Below are positions 49,401-62,958 of a stretch of DNA of 64,000 bases, in pieces (position 1 is the stretch's first letter; each line of letters begins with the position of its first letter). The DNA is from Eledone cirrhosa. Lineage: Eukaryota. The translations under genes and the position numbers were made by a program. Where the stretch lies: positions 27,528,001 through 27,592,000 of the forward strand of contig OZ024741.1 in NCBI GenBank assembly GCA_964016885.1, in the 5' to 3' direction. The notes beneath the pieces are model-generated. The model saw only the letters and a program-made list of their open reading frames with translations, was not told the origin of the DNA and did no database searches.

Positions 49401-52400
49401 GACAGAGCTCTTGTTCTTTCAACAGCTAGTCCTAGATGACAGAGCTCTTGTTTCAACAGCTAGTCCCAGATGACAGAGCTCTTGTTCTTTCAACAGCTAG
49501 TCCCAGATGACAGAGCTCTTGTTTCAACAGCTAGTCCCAGATGGCAGGGCTCTTGTTTCAACAACTAGTCCCAGATGACAGAGCTCTTGTTTCAACAGCT
49601 AGTCCCAGATGACAGAGCTCTTGTTCTTTCAACAGTTAGTCCCAGATGACAGAGCTTTTGTTTCAACAGCTAGTCCCAGATGACAGAGCTCTTGTTCTTT
49701 CAACAGCTAGTCCCAGATGGCAGAGATCTTGTTCTTTCAACAGCTAGTCCCAGATGACAGAGCTTTTGTTTCAATAGCTAGTCCCAGATGACAGAGCTCT
49801 TGTTCTTTCAACATCTAGTCCCAGATGACAGAGCTCTTGTTCTTTCAACAGTTAGTCCCAGATGACAGAGCTCTTGTTCATTCAACAGCTAATCCCAGAT
49901 GACAGAGCTCTTGTTTCAGGAGCTAGTCCCAGATGACAGAGCTCTTTTTGTCTCAACAGCTAGTCCCAGATGACAGAGCTCTTGTTTCAACAGCTAGTCC
50001 CGGATAACAGAGCTCTTGTTGTTTCAACAGCTAGTCCCAGATGGCAGAGCTCTTGTTCTTTCAACAGTTAGTCCCAGATGACAGAGCTCTTGTTTCAACA
50101 GCTAGTCCCAGATGGCAGAGCTCTCTTTGTTTCAACAGCTAGTCCCAGATGACAGAGCTCTTGTTTCAACAGCTAGTCCCAGATGACAGAGCTCTTGTTC
50201 TTTCAACAGCTAGTCCCAGATGACAGAGCTCTTGTTTCAACATCTAGTCCCAGATGACAGAGCTCTTGTTCTTTCAACAGCTAGTCCCAGATGACAGAGC
50301 TCTTGATTCAAAAGCTAGTCCCAGATGGCAAAGCTCTTGTTCTTTCAACAGCTAGTCCCAGATGGCAGAGCTCTTGATTCAACAGCTAGTCCCAGATGAC
50401 AGAGCTCTTGCTCTTATAACATCTAGTCCCAGATGACAGAGCTCTTGTTCTTTCAACAGCTAGTCCCAGATGACAGAGCTCTTGTTCTTTCAACAGCTAG
50501 TCCCAGATGACAGAGCTCTTGTTTCAACAACTAGTCCCAGATGACAGAGCTCTTGTTTCAACAGCTAGTCCCAGATGGCAGAGCTCTTTTTCTTTCAACA
50601 GCTAGTCCCAGATGACAGAGCTCCTGTTTCAACAGCTAGTCCCAGATGACAGAGCTCATGTTCTTTCAACAGCTAGTCCCAGATGACAGAGCTCTTGTTT
50701 CAACAGCTAGTCGCAGATGACAGAGCTATTGTTCTTTCAACAGCTAGTCCCAGATGGCAGAGCTCTTGTTTCAACAGCTAGTCGCAGATGACAGAGCTCT
50801 TGTTCTTTCAACATCTAGTCCCAGATGGCAGAGCACTTGTTCTTTCAACAGCTAGTCCCAGATGACAGAGCTCTTGTTTCAACAGCTAGTCCCAGATGAC
50901 AGAGCTCTTGTTTCAACAGCTAGTCCCAGATGACAGAGCTCTTGTTCTTTCAACAGCTAGTCCCAGATGGCAGAGCTCTTGTTTCAACAGCTAGTCCCAG
51001 ATGGCAGAGCTCTCTTTGTTTCAACAGCTAGTCCCAGATGACAGAGCTCTTGTTTCAACAGCTAGTCCCAGATGACAGAGCTCTTGTTCTTTCAACAGCT
51101 AGTCCCAGATGACAGAGCTCTTGTTCTTTCAACAGCTAGTCCCAGATGGCAGAGCTCTTGTTTCAACATCTAGTCCCAGATGACAGAGCTCTTGTTCTTT
51201 CAACAGCTAGTCCCAGATGGCAGAGCTCTTGTTTCAACATCTAGTCCCAGATGACAGAGCTCTTGTTCTTTCAACAGCTAGTCCCAGATGGCAGAGCTCT
51301 TGATTCAACAGCTAGTCCCAGATGGCAGAGCACTTGTTCTTTCAAGAGCTAGTCCCAGATGACAGAGCTCTTGTTCTTTCAACAGCTAGTCCCAGATGGC
51401 AGAGCTCTTGTTTCAACAGCTAGTCCCAGATGACAGAGCACTTGTTCTTTCAACAGCTAGTCCCAGATGACAGAGCTCTTGTTCTTTCAACAGCTAGTCC
51501 CAGATGGCAGAGCACTTGTTCTTTCAACAGCTAGTCCCAGATGGCAGAGCACTTGTTCTTTCAACAGCTAGTCCCAGATGGCAGAGCTCTTGATTCAACA
51601 GCTAGTCCCAGATGACAGAGCTCTTGCTCTCATAACATCTAGTCCCAGATGACAGAGCTCTTGTTCTTTCAACAGCTAGTCCCAGATGACAGAGCTTTTG
51701 TTTCAACAACTAGTCCCAGATGACAGAGCTCTTGTTTCAACAGCTAGTCCCAGATGGCAGAGCTCTTGTTCTTTCAACAGCTAGTCGCAGATGACAGAGC
51801 TCTTGTTCTTTCAACAGCTAGTCCCAGATGACAGAGCTCTTGTTTCAACAGCTAGTCCCAGATGACAGAGCTCTTGTTCTTTCAACAGCTAGTCCCAGAT
51901 GGCAGAGCTCTTGTTCTTTCAACAGCTAATCCCAGATGACAGAGCTCTTGTTTCAGGAGCTAGTCCCAGATGACAGAGGTCTTTTTGTCTCAACAGCTAG
52001 TCCCAGATGACAGAGCTCTTGTTTCAACAGCTAGTCCTGGATAACAGAGCTCTTGTTGTTTCAACAGCTAGTCCCAGATGGCAGAGCTCTTGTTCTTTCA
52101 ACAGCTAGTCCCAGATGACAGAGCTCTTGTTTCAACATCTAGTCCCAGATGACAGAACTCATGTTCTTTCAACAGCTAGTCCCAGATGGCAGAGCTCTTG
52201 TTTCAACAGCTAGTCCCAGATGACAGAGCTCTTGTTTCAACATCTAGTCTCAGATAACAGAGCTCTTGTTCTTTCAACAGCTAGTCCCAGATGACAGAGC
52301 TCTTGTTTCAACAGTTAGTCCCAGATGACAGAGCTCTTGTTCTTTCAACAGTTAGTCCCAGATGACAGAGCTCTTGATGTTTCAATATCTAGTCCCAGAT

Positions 52401-55400
52401 AACAGAGCTCTTGTTGTTTCAACAGCTAGTCCCAGATGGCAGAGCTCTTGTTGTTTCAACAGCTAGTCCCAGATGACAGAGCTCTTGTTCTTTCAACAGC
52501 TAGTCCCAGATGACAGAGCTCTTGTTCTTTCAACAGCTAGTCCCAGATGACAGAGCTCTTGTTCTTTCAACAGCTAGTCCCAGATGGCAGAGCTCTTGTT
52601 CTTTCAACAGCTAGTCCCAGATGACAGAGCTCTTGTTTCAACAGTTAGTCCCAGATGACAGAGCTCTTGTTTCAACAGCTAGTCCCAGATGGCAGAGCTC
52701 TTGTTCTTTCAACAGCTAGTCCCAGATGACAGAGCTCTTGTTCTTTCAACAGCTAGTCCCAGATGGCAGAGCTCTTGTTCTTTCAACAGCTAGTCCCAGA
52801 TGACAGAGCTCTTGTTTCAACAGTTAGTCCCAGATGACAGAGCACTTGTTCTTTCAACAGTTAGTCCCAGATGACAGAGCACTTGTTCTTTCAACGGTTA
52901 GTCCCAGATGACAGAGCACTTGTTCTTTCAACAGTTAGTCGCAGATGACAGAGCTCTTGTTTCAACAGCTAGTCCCAGATGACAGAGCACTTGTTCTTTC
53001 AACAGTTAGTCCCAGATGACAGAGCACTTGTTCTTTCAACAGTTAGTCGCAGATGACAGAGCTCTTGTTTCAACAGCTAGTCCCAGATGACAGAGCTCTT
53101 GTTCTTTCAACAGCTAGTCCCGGATGACAGAGCTCTTGTTTCAACAGCTAGTCCCAGATGACAGAGCTCTTGTTTCAACAGCTAGTCCCAGATGACAGAG
53201 CTCTTGTTTCAACAGCTAGTCCCGGATAACAGAGCACTTGTTCTTTCAACAGCTCGTCCCAGATGACAGAGCTCTTGTTTCAACAGCTAGTCCCAGATGA
53301 CAGAGCTCTTGTTTCAACAGCTAGTCCCAGATGACAGAGCTCTTGTTCTTTCAACAGTTAGTCCCAGATGACAGAGCTCTTGTTTCAACAGCTAGTCCCA
53401 GATGGCAGAGCTCTTGTTTCAACAGCTAGTCCCAGATGGCAGAGCTCTTGTTCTTTCAACAGCTTGTCCCAGATGACAGAGCTCTTGTTCTTTCAACAGT
53501 TAGTCCCAGATGACAGAGCTCTTGTCGTTTCAACAGCTAGTCCCAGATGACAGAGCATTTGTTTCAACAGTTAGTCCCAGATGACAGAGCACTTGTTCTT
53601 TCAACAGTTAGTCCCAGATGACAGAGCTCTTGTTGTTTCAACAGCTAGTCCTAGATGACAGAACTCTTGTTGTTTCAACAGCTAGTCCCAGATGACAGAG
53701 CTCTTGTTCTTTCAACAGCTAGTCCCAGATGGCAGAGCCCTTGTCGTTTCAACAGCTAGTCCCAGATGGCAGAGCTCTTGTTCTTTCAACAGCTAGTCCC
53801 AGATGGCAGAGCTCTTGTTGTTTCAACAGCTAGTCCCAGATGGCAGAGCTCTTGTTGTTTCAACAGCTAGTCCCAGATGACAGAGCTCTTGTTTCAACAG
53901 CTAGTCCCAGATGACAGAGCTCTTGTTCTTTCAACAGCTAGTCCCAGATGGCAGAGCTCTTGTTCTTTCAACAGCTAGTCCCAGATGACAGAGCTCTTGT
54001 TTCAACAGCTAGTCCCAGATGACAGAGCTCTTGTTTCAACAGCTAGTCGCAGATGACAGAGCTCTTGTTTCAACAGCTAGTCCCAGATGACAGAGCTCTT
54101 GTTTCAACAGCTAGTCCCAGATGACAGAGCTCTTGTTTCAACAGCTAGTCGCAGATGACAGAGCTCTTGTTTCAACAGCCAGTCCCAGATGACAGAGCTC
54201 TTGTTTCAACAGCTAGTCCCAGATGACAGAGCTCTTGTTATTCCAACAGCTAGTCCCAGATGACAGAGCTCTTGTTTCAACAGCTAGTCCCAGATGACAG
54301 AGCTCTTGTTTCAACAGCTAGTCCCAGATGACAGAGCTCTTGTTTCAACAGCTAGTCCCAGATGACAGAGCACTTGTTGTTTCAACAGTTAGTCCCAGAT
54401 GACAGAGCTCTTGTTTCAACAGCTAGTCCCAGATGACAGAGCTCTTGTTCTTTCAACAGCTAGTCCCAGATGACAGAGCTCTTGTTTCAACAGCTAGTCC
54501 CAGATGACAGAGCTCTTGTTTCAACAGCTAGTCCCAGATGGCAGAGCACTTGTTGTTTCAACAGTTAGTCCCAGATGACAGAGCTCTTGTTTCAACAGCT
54601 AGTCCCAGATGGCAGAGCTCTTGTTGTTTCAACAGCTAGTCCCAGATGACAGAGCACTTGTTGTTTCAACAGTTAGTCCCAGATGACAGAGCTCTTGTTT
54701 CAACAGCTAGTCCCAGATGACAGAGCTCTTGTTGTTTCAACAGCTAGTCCCAGATGACAGAGCTCTTGTTTCAACAGCTAGTCCCATATGACAGAGCTCT
54801 TGTTTCAACAGCTAGTCCCAGATGGCAGAGCACTTGTTGTTTCAACAGTTAGTCCCAGATGACAGAGCTCTTGTTTCAACAGCTAATCCCAGATGACAGA
54901 GCACTTGTTCTTTCAACAGCTAGTCCCAGATGGCAGAGCACTTGTTCTTTCAACAGCTAGTCCCAGATGGCAAAGCTCTTGTTATTTCCACAGCTAGTCC
55001 CAGATGACAGAGCTCTTGTTGTTTCAACAACTAGTCCCAGATGACAGAGCTCTTGTTTCAACATCTAGTCCCAGATGGCAAAGCTCTTGTTGTTTCAACA
55101 GCTAGTCCCAGATGACAGAGCTCTTGTTCTTTCAACATCTAGTGCCAGATCACAGAGCTCTTGTTTCAACAGCTAGTCCCAGATGACAGAGCTCTTGTTG
55201 TTTCAACAGCTAGTCCCAGATGACAGAGCTCTTGTTTCAACATCTAGTCCCAGATAACAAAGCTCTTGTTCTTTCAACAGCTAGTCCCAGATGACAGAGC
55301 TCTTGTTTCAACAGTTAGTCCCAGATGACAGAGCTCTTGTTCTTTCAACAGCTAGTCCCAGATGGCAGAGCTCTTGTTGTTTCAACAGCTAGTCCCAGAT

Positions 55401-58400
55401 GGCAGAGCTCTTGTTGTTTCAACAGCTAGTCCCAGATGACAGAGCTCTTGTTTCAACAGCTAGTCCCAGATGACAGAGCTCTTGTTCTTTCAACAGCTAG
55501 TCCCAGATGGCAGAGCTCTTGTTCTTTGAACAGCTAGTCCCAGATGACAGAGCTCTTGTTTCAACAGCTAGTCCCAGATGACAGAGCTCTTGTTTCAACA
55601 GCTAGTCGCAGATGACAGAGCTCTTGTTTCAACAGCTAGTCCCAGATGACAGAGCTCTTGTTTCAACAGCTAGTCCCAGATGACAGAGCTCTTGTTTCAA
55701 CAGCTAGTCGCAGATGACAGAGCTCTTGTTTCAACAGTTAGTCCCAGATGACAGAGCTCTTGTTCTTTCAACAGCTAGTCCCAGATGGCAGAGCTCTTGT
55801 TGTTTCAACAGCTAGTCCCAGATGGCAGAGCTCTTGTTGTTTCAAAAGCTAGTCCCAGATGACAGAGCTCTTGTTTCAACAGCTAGTCCCAGATGACAGA
55901 GCTCTTGTTCTTTCAACAGCTAGTCCCAGATGGCAGAGCTCTTGTTCTTTGAACAGCTAGTCCCAGATGACAGAGCTCTTGTTTCAACAGCTAGTCCCAG
56001 ATGACAGAGCTCTTGTTTCAACAGCTAGTCGCAGATGACAGAGCTCTTGTTTCAACAGCTAGTCCCAGATGACAGAGCTCTTGTTTCAACAGCTAGTCCC
56101 AGATGACAGAGCTCTTGTTTCAACAGCTAGTCGCAGATGACAGAGCTCTTGTTTCAACAGCCAGTCCCAGATGACAGAGCTCTTGTTTCAACAGCTAGTC
56201 CCAGATGACAGAGCTCTTGTTATTCCAACAGCTAGTCCCAGATGACAGAGCTCTTGTTTCAACAGCTAGTCCCAGATGACAGAGCTCTTGTTTCAACAGC
56301 TAGTCCCAGATGACAGAGCTCTTGTTTCAACAGCTAGTCCCAGATGACAGAGCACTTGTTGTTTCAACAGTTAGTCCCAGATGACAGAGCTCTTGTTTCA
56401 ACAGCTAGTCCCAGATGACAGAGCTCTTGTTCTTTCAACAGCTAGTCCCAGATGACAGAGCTCTTGTTTCAACAGCTAGTCCCAGATGACAGAGCTCTTG
56501 TTTCAACAGCTAGTCCCAGATGGCAGAGCACTTGTTGTTTCAACAGTTAGTCCCAGATGACAGAGCTCTTGTTTCAACAGCTAGTCCCAGATGGCAGAGC
56601 TCTTGTTGTTTCAACAGCTAGTCCCAGATGACAGAGCACTTGTTGTTTCAACAGTTAGTCCCAGATGACAGAGCTCTTGTTTCAACAGCTAGTCCCAGAT
56701 GACAGAGCTCTTGTTGTTTCAACAGCTAGTCCCAGATGACAGAGCTCTTGTTTCAACAGCTAGTCCCATATGACAGAGCTCTTGTTTCAACAGCTAGTCC
56801 CAGATGGCAGAGCACTTGTTGTTTCAACAGTTAGTCCCAGATGACAGAGCTCTTGTTTCAACAGCTAATCCCAGATGACAGAGCACTTGTTCTTTCAACA
56901 GCTAGTCCCAGATGGCAGAGCACTTGTTCTTTCAACAGCTAGTCCCAGATGGCAAAGCTCTTGTTATTTCCACAGCTAGTCCCAGATGACAGAGCTCTTG
57001 TTGTTTCAACAACTAGTCCCAGATGACAGAGCTCTTGTTTCAACATCTAGTCCCAGATGGCAAAGCTCTTGTTGTTTCAACAGCTAGTCCCAGATGACAG
57101 AGCTCTTGTTCTTTCAACATCTAGTGCCAGATCACAGAGCTCTTGTTTCAACAGCTAGTCCCAGATGACAGAGCTCTTGTTGTTTCAACAGCTAGTCCCA
57201 GATGACAGAGCTCTTGTTTCAACATCTAGTCCCAGATAACAAAGCTCTTGTTCTTTCAACAGCTAGTCCCAGATGACAGAGCTCTTGTTTCAACAGTTAG
57301 TCCCAGATGACAGAGCTCTTGTTCTTTCAACAGCTAGTCCCAGATGGCAGAGCTCTTGTTGTTTCAACAGCTAGTCCCAGATGGCAGAGCTCTTGTTGTT
57401 TCAACAGCTAGTCCCAGATGACAGAGCTCTTGTTTCAACAGCTAGTCCCAGATGACAGAGCTCTTGTTCTTTCAACAGCTAGTCCCAGATGGCAGAGCTC
57501 TTGTTCTTTGAACAGCTAGTCCCAGATGACAGAGCTCTTGTTTCAACAGCTAGTCCCAGATGACAGAGCTCTTGTTTCAACAGCTAGTCGCAGATGACAG
57601 AGCTCTTGTTTCAACAGCTAGTCCCAGATGACAGAGCTCTTGTTTCAACAGCTAGTCCCAGATGACAGAGCTCTTGTTTCAACAGCTAGTCGCAGATGAC
57701 AGAGCTCTTGTTTCAACAGCCAGTCCCAGATGACAGAGCTCTTGTTTCAACAGCTAGTCCCAGATGACAGAGCTCTTGTTATTCCAACAGCTAGTCCCAG
57801 ATGACAGAGCTCTTGTTTCAACAGCTAGTCCCAGATGACAGAGCTCTTGTTTCAACAGCTAGTCCCAGATGACAGAGCTCTTGTTTCAACAGCTAGTCCC
57901 AGATGACAGAGCACTTGTTGTTTCAACAGTTAGTCCCAGATGACAGAGCTCTTGTTTCAACAGCTAGTCCCAGATGACAGAGCTCTTGTTCTTTCAACAG
58001 CTAGTCCCAGATGACAGAGCTCTTGTTTCAACAGCTAGTCCCAGATGACAGAGCTCTTGTTTCAACAGCTAGTCCCAGATGGCAGAGCACTTGTTGTTTC
58101 AACAGTTAGTCCCAGATGACAGAGCTCTTGTTTCAACAGCTAGTCCCAGATGGCAGAGCTCTTGTTGTTTCAACAGCTAGTCCCAGATGACAGAGCACTT
58201 GTTGTTTCAACAGTTAGTCCCAGATGACAGAGCTCTTGTTTCAACAGCTAGTCCCAGATGACAGAGCTCTTGTTGTTTCAACAGCTAGTCCCAGATGACA
58301 GAGCTCTTGTTTCAACAGCTAGTCCCATATGACAGAGCTCTTGTTTCAACAGCTAGTCCCAGATGGCAGAGCACTTGTTGTTTCAACAGTTAGTCCCAGA

Positions 58401-61400
58401 TGACAGAGCTCTTGTTTCAACAGCTAATCCCAGATGGCAAAGCTCTTGTTATTTCCACAGCTAGTCCCAGATGACAGAGCTCTTGTTGTTTCAACAACTA
58501 GTCCCAGATGACAGAGCTCTTGTTTCAACATCTAGTCCCAGATGGCAAAGCTCTTGTTGTTTCAACAGCTAGTCCCAGATGACAGAGCTCTTGTTCTTTC
58601 AACATCTAGTGCCAGATCACAGAGCTCTTGTTTCAACAGCTAGTCCCAGATGACAGAGCTCTTGTTGTTTCAACAGCTAGTCCCAGATGACAGAGCTCTT
58701 GTTTCAACATCTAGTCCCAGATAACAAAGCTCTTGTTCTTTCAACAGCTAGTCCCAGATGACAGAGCTCTTGTTTCAACAGTTAGTCCCAGATGACAGAG
58801 CTCTTGTTCTTTCAACAGTTAGTCCCAGATGACAGAGCTCTTGATGTTTCAATATCTAGTCCCAGATGACAGAGCTCTTGTTTCAACAGCTAGTCCCAGA
58901 TGGCAGAGCTCTTGTTGTTTCAACAGCTAGTCCCAGATGGCAGAGCTCTTGTTCTTTCAACAGCTAGTCCCAGATGACAGAGCTCTTGTTTCAACAGTTA
59001 GTCCCAGATGACAGAGCACTTGTTCTTTCAACAGTTAGTCCCAGATGACAGAGCACTTGTTCTTTCAACAGTTAGTCCCAGATGACAGAGCACTTGTTCT
59101 TTCAACTGTTAGTCGCAAATGACAGAGCTCTTGTTTCAACAGCTAGTCCCGGATAACAGAGCTCTTGTTCTTTCAACAGTTAGTCCCAGATGGCAGAGCT
59201 CTTGTTTCAACAGTTAGTCCCAGATGACAGAGCACTTGTTCTTTCAACAGTTAGTCCCAGATGACAGAGCACTTGTTCTTTCAACAGTTAGTCGCAGATG
59301 ACAGAGCTCTTGTTTCAACAGCTAGTCCCGGATAACAGAGCACTTGTTCTTTCAACAGCTAGTCCCAGATGACAGAGCTCTTGTTTCAACAGCTAGTCCC
59401 AGATGACAGAGCTCTTGTTCCAACAGCTAGTCCCAGATGACTGAGCTCTTGTTCCAACAGCTAGTCCCAGATGACAGAGCTCTTGTTTCAACAGCTAGTC
59501 CCAGATAACAGAGCTCTTGTTCTTTCAACAGCTAGTCCCAGATGACTGAGCTCTTGTTCCAACAGCTAGTCCCAGATGATAGAGCTCTTGTTTCAACAGC
59601 TAGTCCCAGATGACAAAGCTCTTGTTTCAACAGCTAGTCCCAGATGACAGAGCTTTTGTTGTTCCAATAGCTAGTCCCAGATGACAGAGCTCTTGTTCCA
59701 ACAGCTAGTCCCAGATGACAGAGCTCTTGTTCCAACAGCTAGTCCCAGATGACAGAGCTCTTGTTCCAACAGCTAGTCCCAGATGACAAAGCTCTTGTTT
59801 CAACAGCTAGTCCCAGATGACAGAGCACTTGTTGTTCCAATAGCTAGTCCCAAATGACAGAACTCTTGTTCCAACAGCTAGTCCCAGATGACAGAGCTCT
59901 TGTTCCAACAGCTAGTCCCAGATGACAGAGCTCTTGTTCTAACAGCTAGTCCCAGATGACAGAGCTCTTGTTCCAACAGCTAGTCCCAGATGACAGAGCT
60001 TTTGTTTCAACAGCTAGTCCCAGATGACAGAGCTTTTGTTTCAACAGCTAGTCCCAGATGGCAGAGCACTTGTTGTTTCAACAGTTAGTCCCAGATGACA
60101 GAGCTCTTGTTTCAACAGCTAGTCCCAGATGGCAGAGCTCTTGTTGTTTCAACAGCTAGTCCCAGATGACAGAGCACTTGTTGTTTCAACAGTTAGTCCC
60201 AGATGACAGAGCTCTTGTTTCAACAGCTAGTCCCAGATGACAGAGCTCTTGTTGTTTCAACAGCTAGTCCCAGATGACAGAGCTCTTGTTTCAACAGTTA
60301 GTCCCAGATGACAGAGCTCTTGTTTCAACAGCTAGTCCCAGATGGCAGAGCACTTGTTGTTTCAACAGTTAGTCCCAGATGACAGAGCTCTTGTTTCAAC
60401 AGCTAATCCCAGATGACAGAGCACTTGTTCTTTCAACAGCTAGTCCCAGATGGCAGAGCACTTGTTCTTTCAACAGCTAGTCCCAGATGGCAAAGCTCTT
60501 GTTCTTTCCACAGCTAGTCCCAGATGACAGAGCTCTTGTTGTTTCAACAACTAGTCCCAGATGACAGAGCTCTTGTTTCAACATCTAGTCCCAGATGGCA
60601 AAGCTCTTGTTGTTTCAACAGCTAGTCCCAGATGACAGAGCTCTTGTTCTTTCAACATCTAGTGCCAGATCACAGAGCTCTTGTTTCAACAGCTAGTCCC
60701 AGATGACAGAGCTCTTGTTGTTTCAACAGCTAGTCCCAGATGACAGAGCTCTTGTTTCAACATCTAGTCCCAGATAACAAAGCTCTTGTTCTTTCAACAG
60801 CTAGTCCCAGATGACAGAGCTCTTGTTTCAACAGTTAGTCCCAGATGACAGAGCTCTTGTTCTTTCAACAGTTAGTCCCAGATGACAGAGCTCTTGATGT
60901 TTCAATATCTAGTCCCAGATGACAGAGCTCTTGTTTCAACAGCTAGTCCCAGATGGCAGAGCTCTTGTTGTTTCAACAGCTAGTCCCAGATGGCAGAGCT
61001 CTTGTTCTTTCAACAGCTAGTCCCAGATGACAGAGCTCTTGTTTCAACAGTTAGTCCCAGATGACAGAGCACTTGTTCTTTCAACAGTTAGTCCCAGATG
61101 ACAGAGCACTTGTTCTTTCAACAGTTAGTCCCAGATGACAGAGCACTTGTTCTTTCAACTGTTAGTCGCAGATGACAGAGCTCTTGTTTCAACAGCTAGT
61201 CCCGGATAACAGAGCTCTTGTTCTTTCAACAGTTAGTCCCAGATGGCAGAGCTCTTGTTTCAACAGTTAGTCCCAGATGACAGAGCACTTGTTCTTTCAA
61301 CAGTTAGTCCCAGATGACAGAGCACTTGTTCTTTCAACAGTTAGTCGCAGATGACAGAGCTCTTGTTTCAACAGCTAGTCCCGGATTACAGAGCACTTGT

Positions 61401-62487
61401 TCTTTCAACAGCTAGTCCCAGATGACAGAGCTCTTGTTTCAACAGCTAGTCCCAGATGACAGAGCTCTTGTTCCAACAGCTAGTCCCAGATGACTGAGCT
61501 CTTGTTCCAACAGCTAGTCCCAGATGACAGAGCTCTTGTTTCAACAGCTAGTCCCAGATAACAGAGCTCTTGTTCTTTCAACAGCTAGTCCCAGATGACT
61601 GAGCTCTTGTTCCAACAGCTAGTCCCAGATGATAGAGCTCTTGTTTCAACAGCTAGTCCCAGATGACAAAGCTCTTGTTTCAACAGCTAGTCCCAGATGA
61701 CAGAGCTTTTGTTGTTCTAATAGCTAGTCCCAGATGACAGAGCTCTTGTTCCAACAGCTAGTCCCAGATGACAGAGCTCTTGTTCCAACAGCTAGTCCCA
61801 GATGACAGAGCTCTTGTTCCAACAGCTAGTCCCAGATGACAAAGCTCTTGTTTCAACAGCTAGTCCCAGATGACAGAGCACTTGTTGTTCCAATAGCTAG
61901 TCCCAAATGACAGAACTCTTGTTCCAACAGCTAGTCCCAGATGACAGAGCTCTTGTTCCAACAGCTAGTCCCAGATGACAGAGCTCTTGTTCTAACAGCT
62001 AGTCCCAGATGACAGAGCTCTTGTTCCAACAGCTAGTCCCAGATGACAGAGCTTTTGTTTCAACAGCTAGTCCCAGATGACAGAGCTCTTGTTCCAATAG
62101 CTAGTCCCAGATGACAGAGCTTTTGTTTCAACAGCTAGTCCCAGATGACAGAGCTCTTGTTCCAACAGCTAGTCCCAGATGACAGAGCTCTTGTTCTAAC
62201 AGCTAGTCCCAGATGACAGAGCTCTTGTTCCAACAGCTAGTCCCAGATGACAGAGCTTTTGTTTCAACAGCTAGTCCCAGATGACAGAGCTTTTGTTTCA
62301 ACAGCTAGTCCCAGATGACAGAGCTCTTGCTCCAACAGCTAGTCCCAGATGACAGAGCTCTTGTTCTAACAGCTAGTCCTAGATGACAGAGCTCTTGTTC
62401 CAACAGCTAGTCCCAGATGGCGGAGCTCTTGTTGTTTCAACAGCTAGTCCCAGATGGCGGAGCTCTTGCTCCAACAGCTAGTCCCAA
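40479..62487. repeat. Satellite array B, 34-bp monomer AGCTCTTGTTTCAACAGCTAGTCCCAGATGACAG with a 37-bp variant (+TCT or +TGT), intronic
   Basis: About 22 kb of continuous head-to-tail monomers (roughly 620 by length divided by unit size). Both ends lie inside the window. Confidence 0.99.
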
Positions 62488-62958
62488 ACTAGAACTAGCT
62501 GTTGAAACATACTCTACTTTCCCAAGTATCGACTACTCTGTTGAGTAGTGGTTTAACTAGTTTTAAATTGGTTCTATCCTGATTTAACTTGATCAATATT
62601 GTGATGTCTAAAACTTAACTTAACAAAGGTTCTTCTGATATAAATTTATGATGAAAGGTTTCTAGCTAAATATAAACATTTTAAAATAAGCAAATTTGTG
62701 TTGTAGAACCAGTGTCAGTTTGAAGTGGTTTGGTATAAGAACGGTTAATTGATTAGACCCTTCCCGAAAAGTTGTGGCCTTGTGATTAAGTTAGGAATGG
62801 TCCCACATTTTAGAGGAGTATATAAGTTGAGAGAGAATCAAGTCCAGTACTAAACTGGAACCTCATTTATTGGCCTCAATCTATCCAACGTTCTAATGAC
62901 TCTGCTAGTTCGCCATCTTATTTTACATTAGCAAATGAATAAAAGGTGCATTACAAAC

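Noticed and set aside
53368-53550. 60-aa ORF in satellite B
   Set aside because: A chance stop-free run of monomers.
40479-62487. CRISPR array (34-37-bp repeats containing GTTTCAAC)
   Set aside because: No spacers. It is a plain tandem satellite inside an intron.
40479-62509. Hammerhead ribozyme multimer in satellite B
   Set aside because: The minus strand has GAAAC and CTGTTGA and the plus strand has CAGATGA, but neither strand has an intact CUGANGA...GAAA core with the required stems. An Infernal search would settle it.
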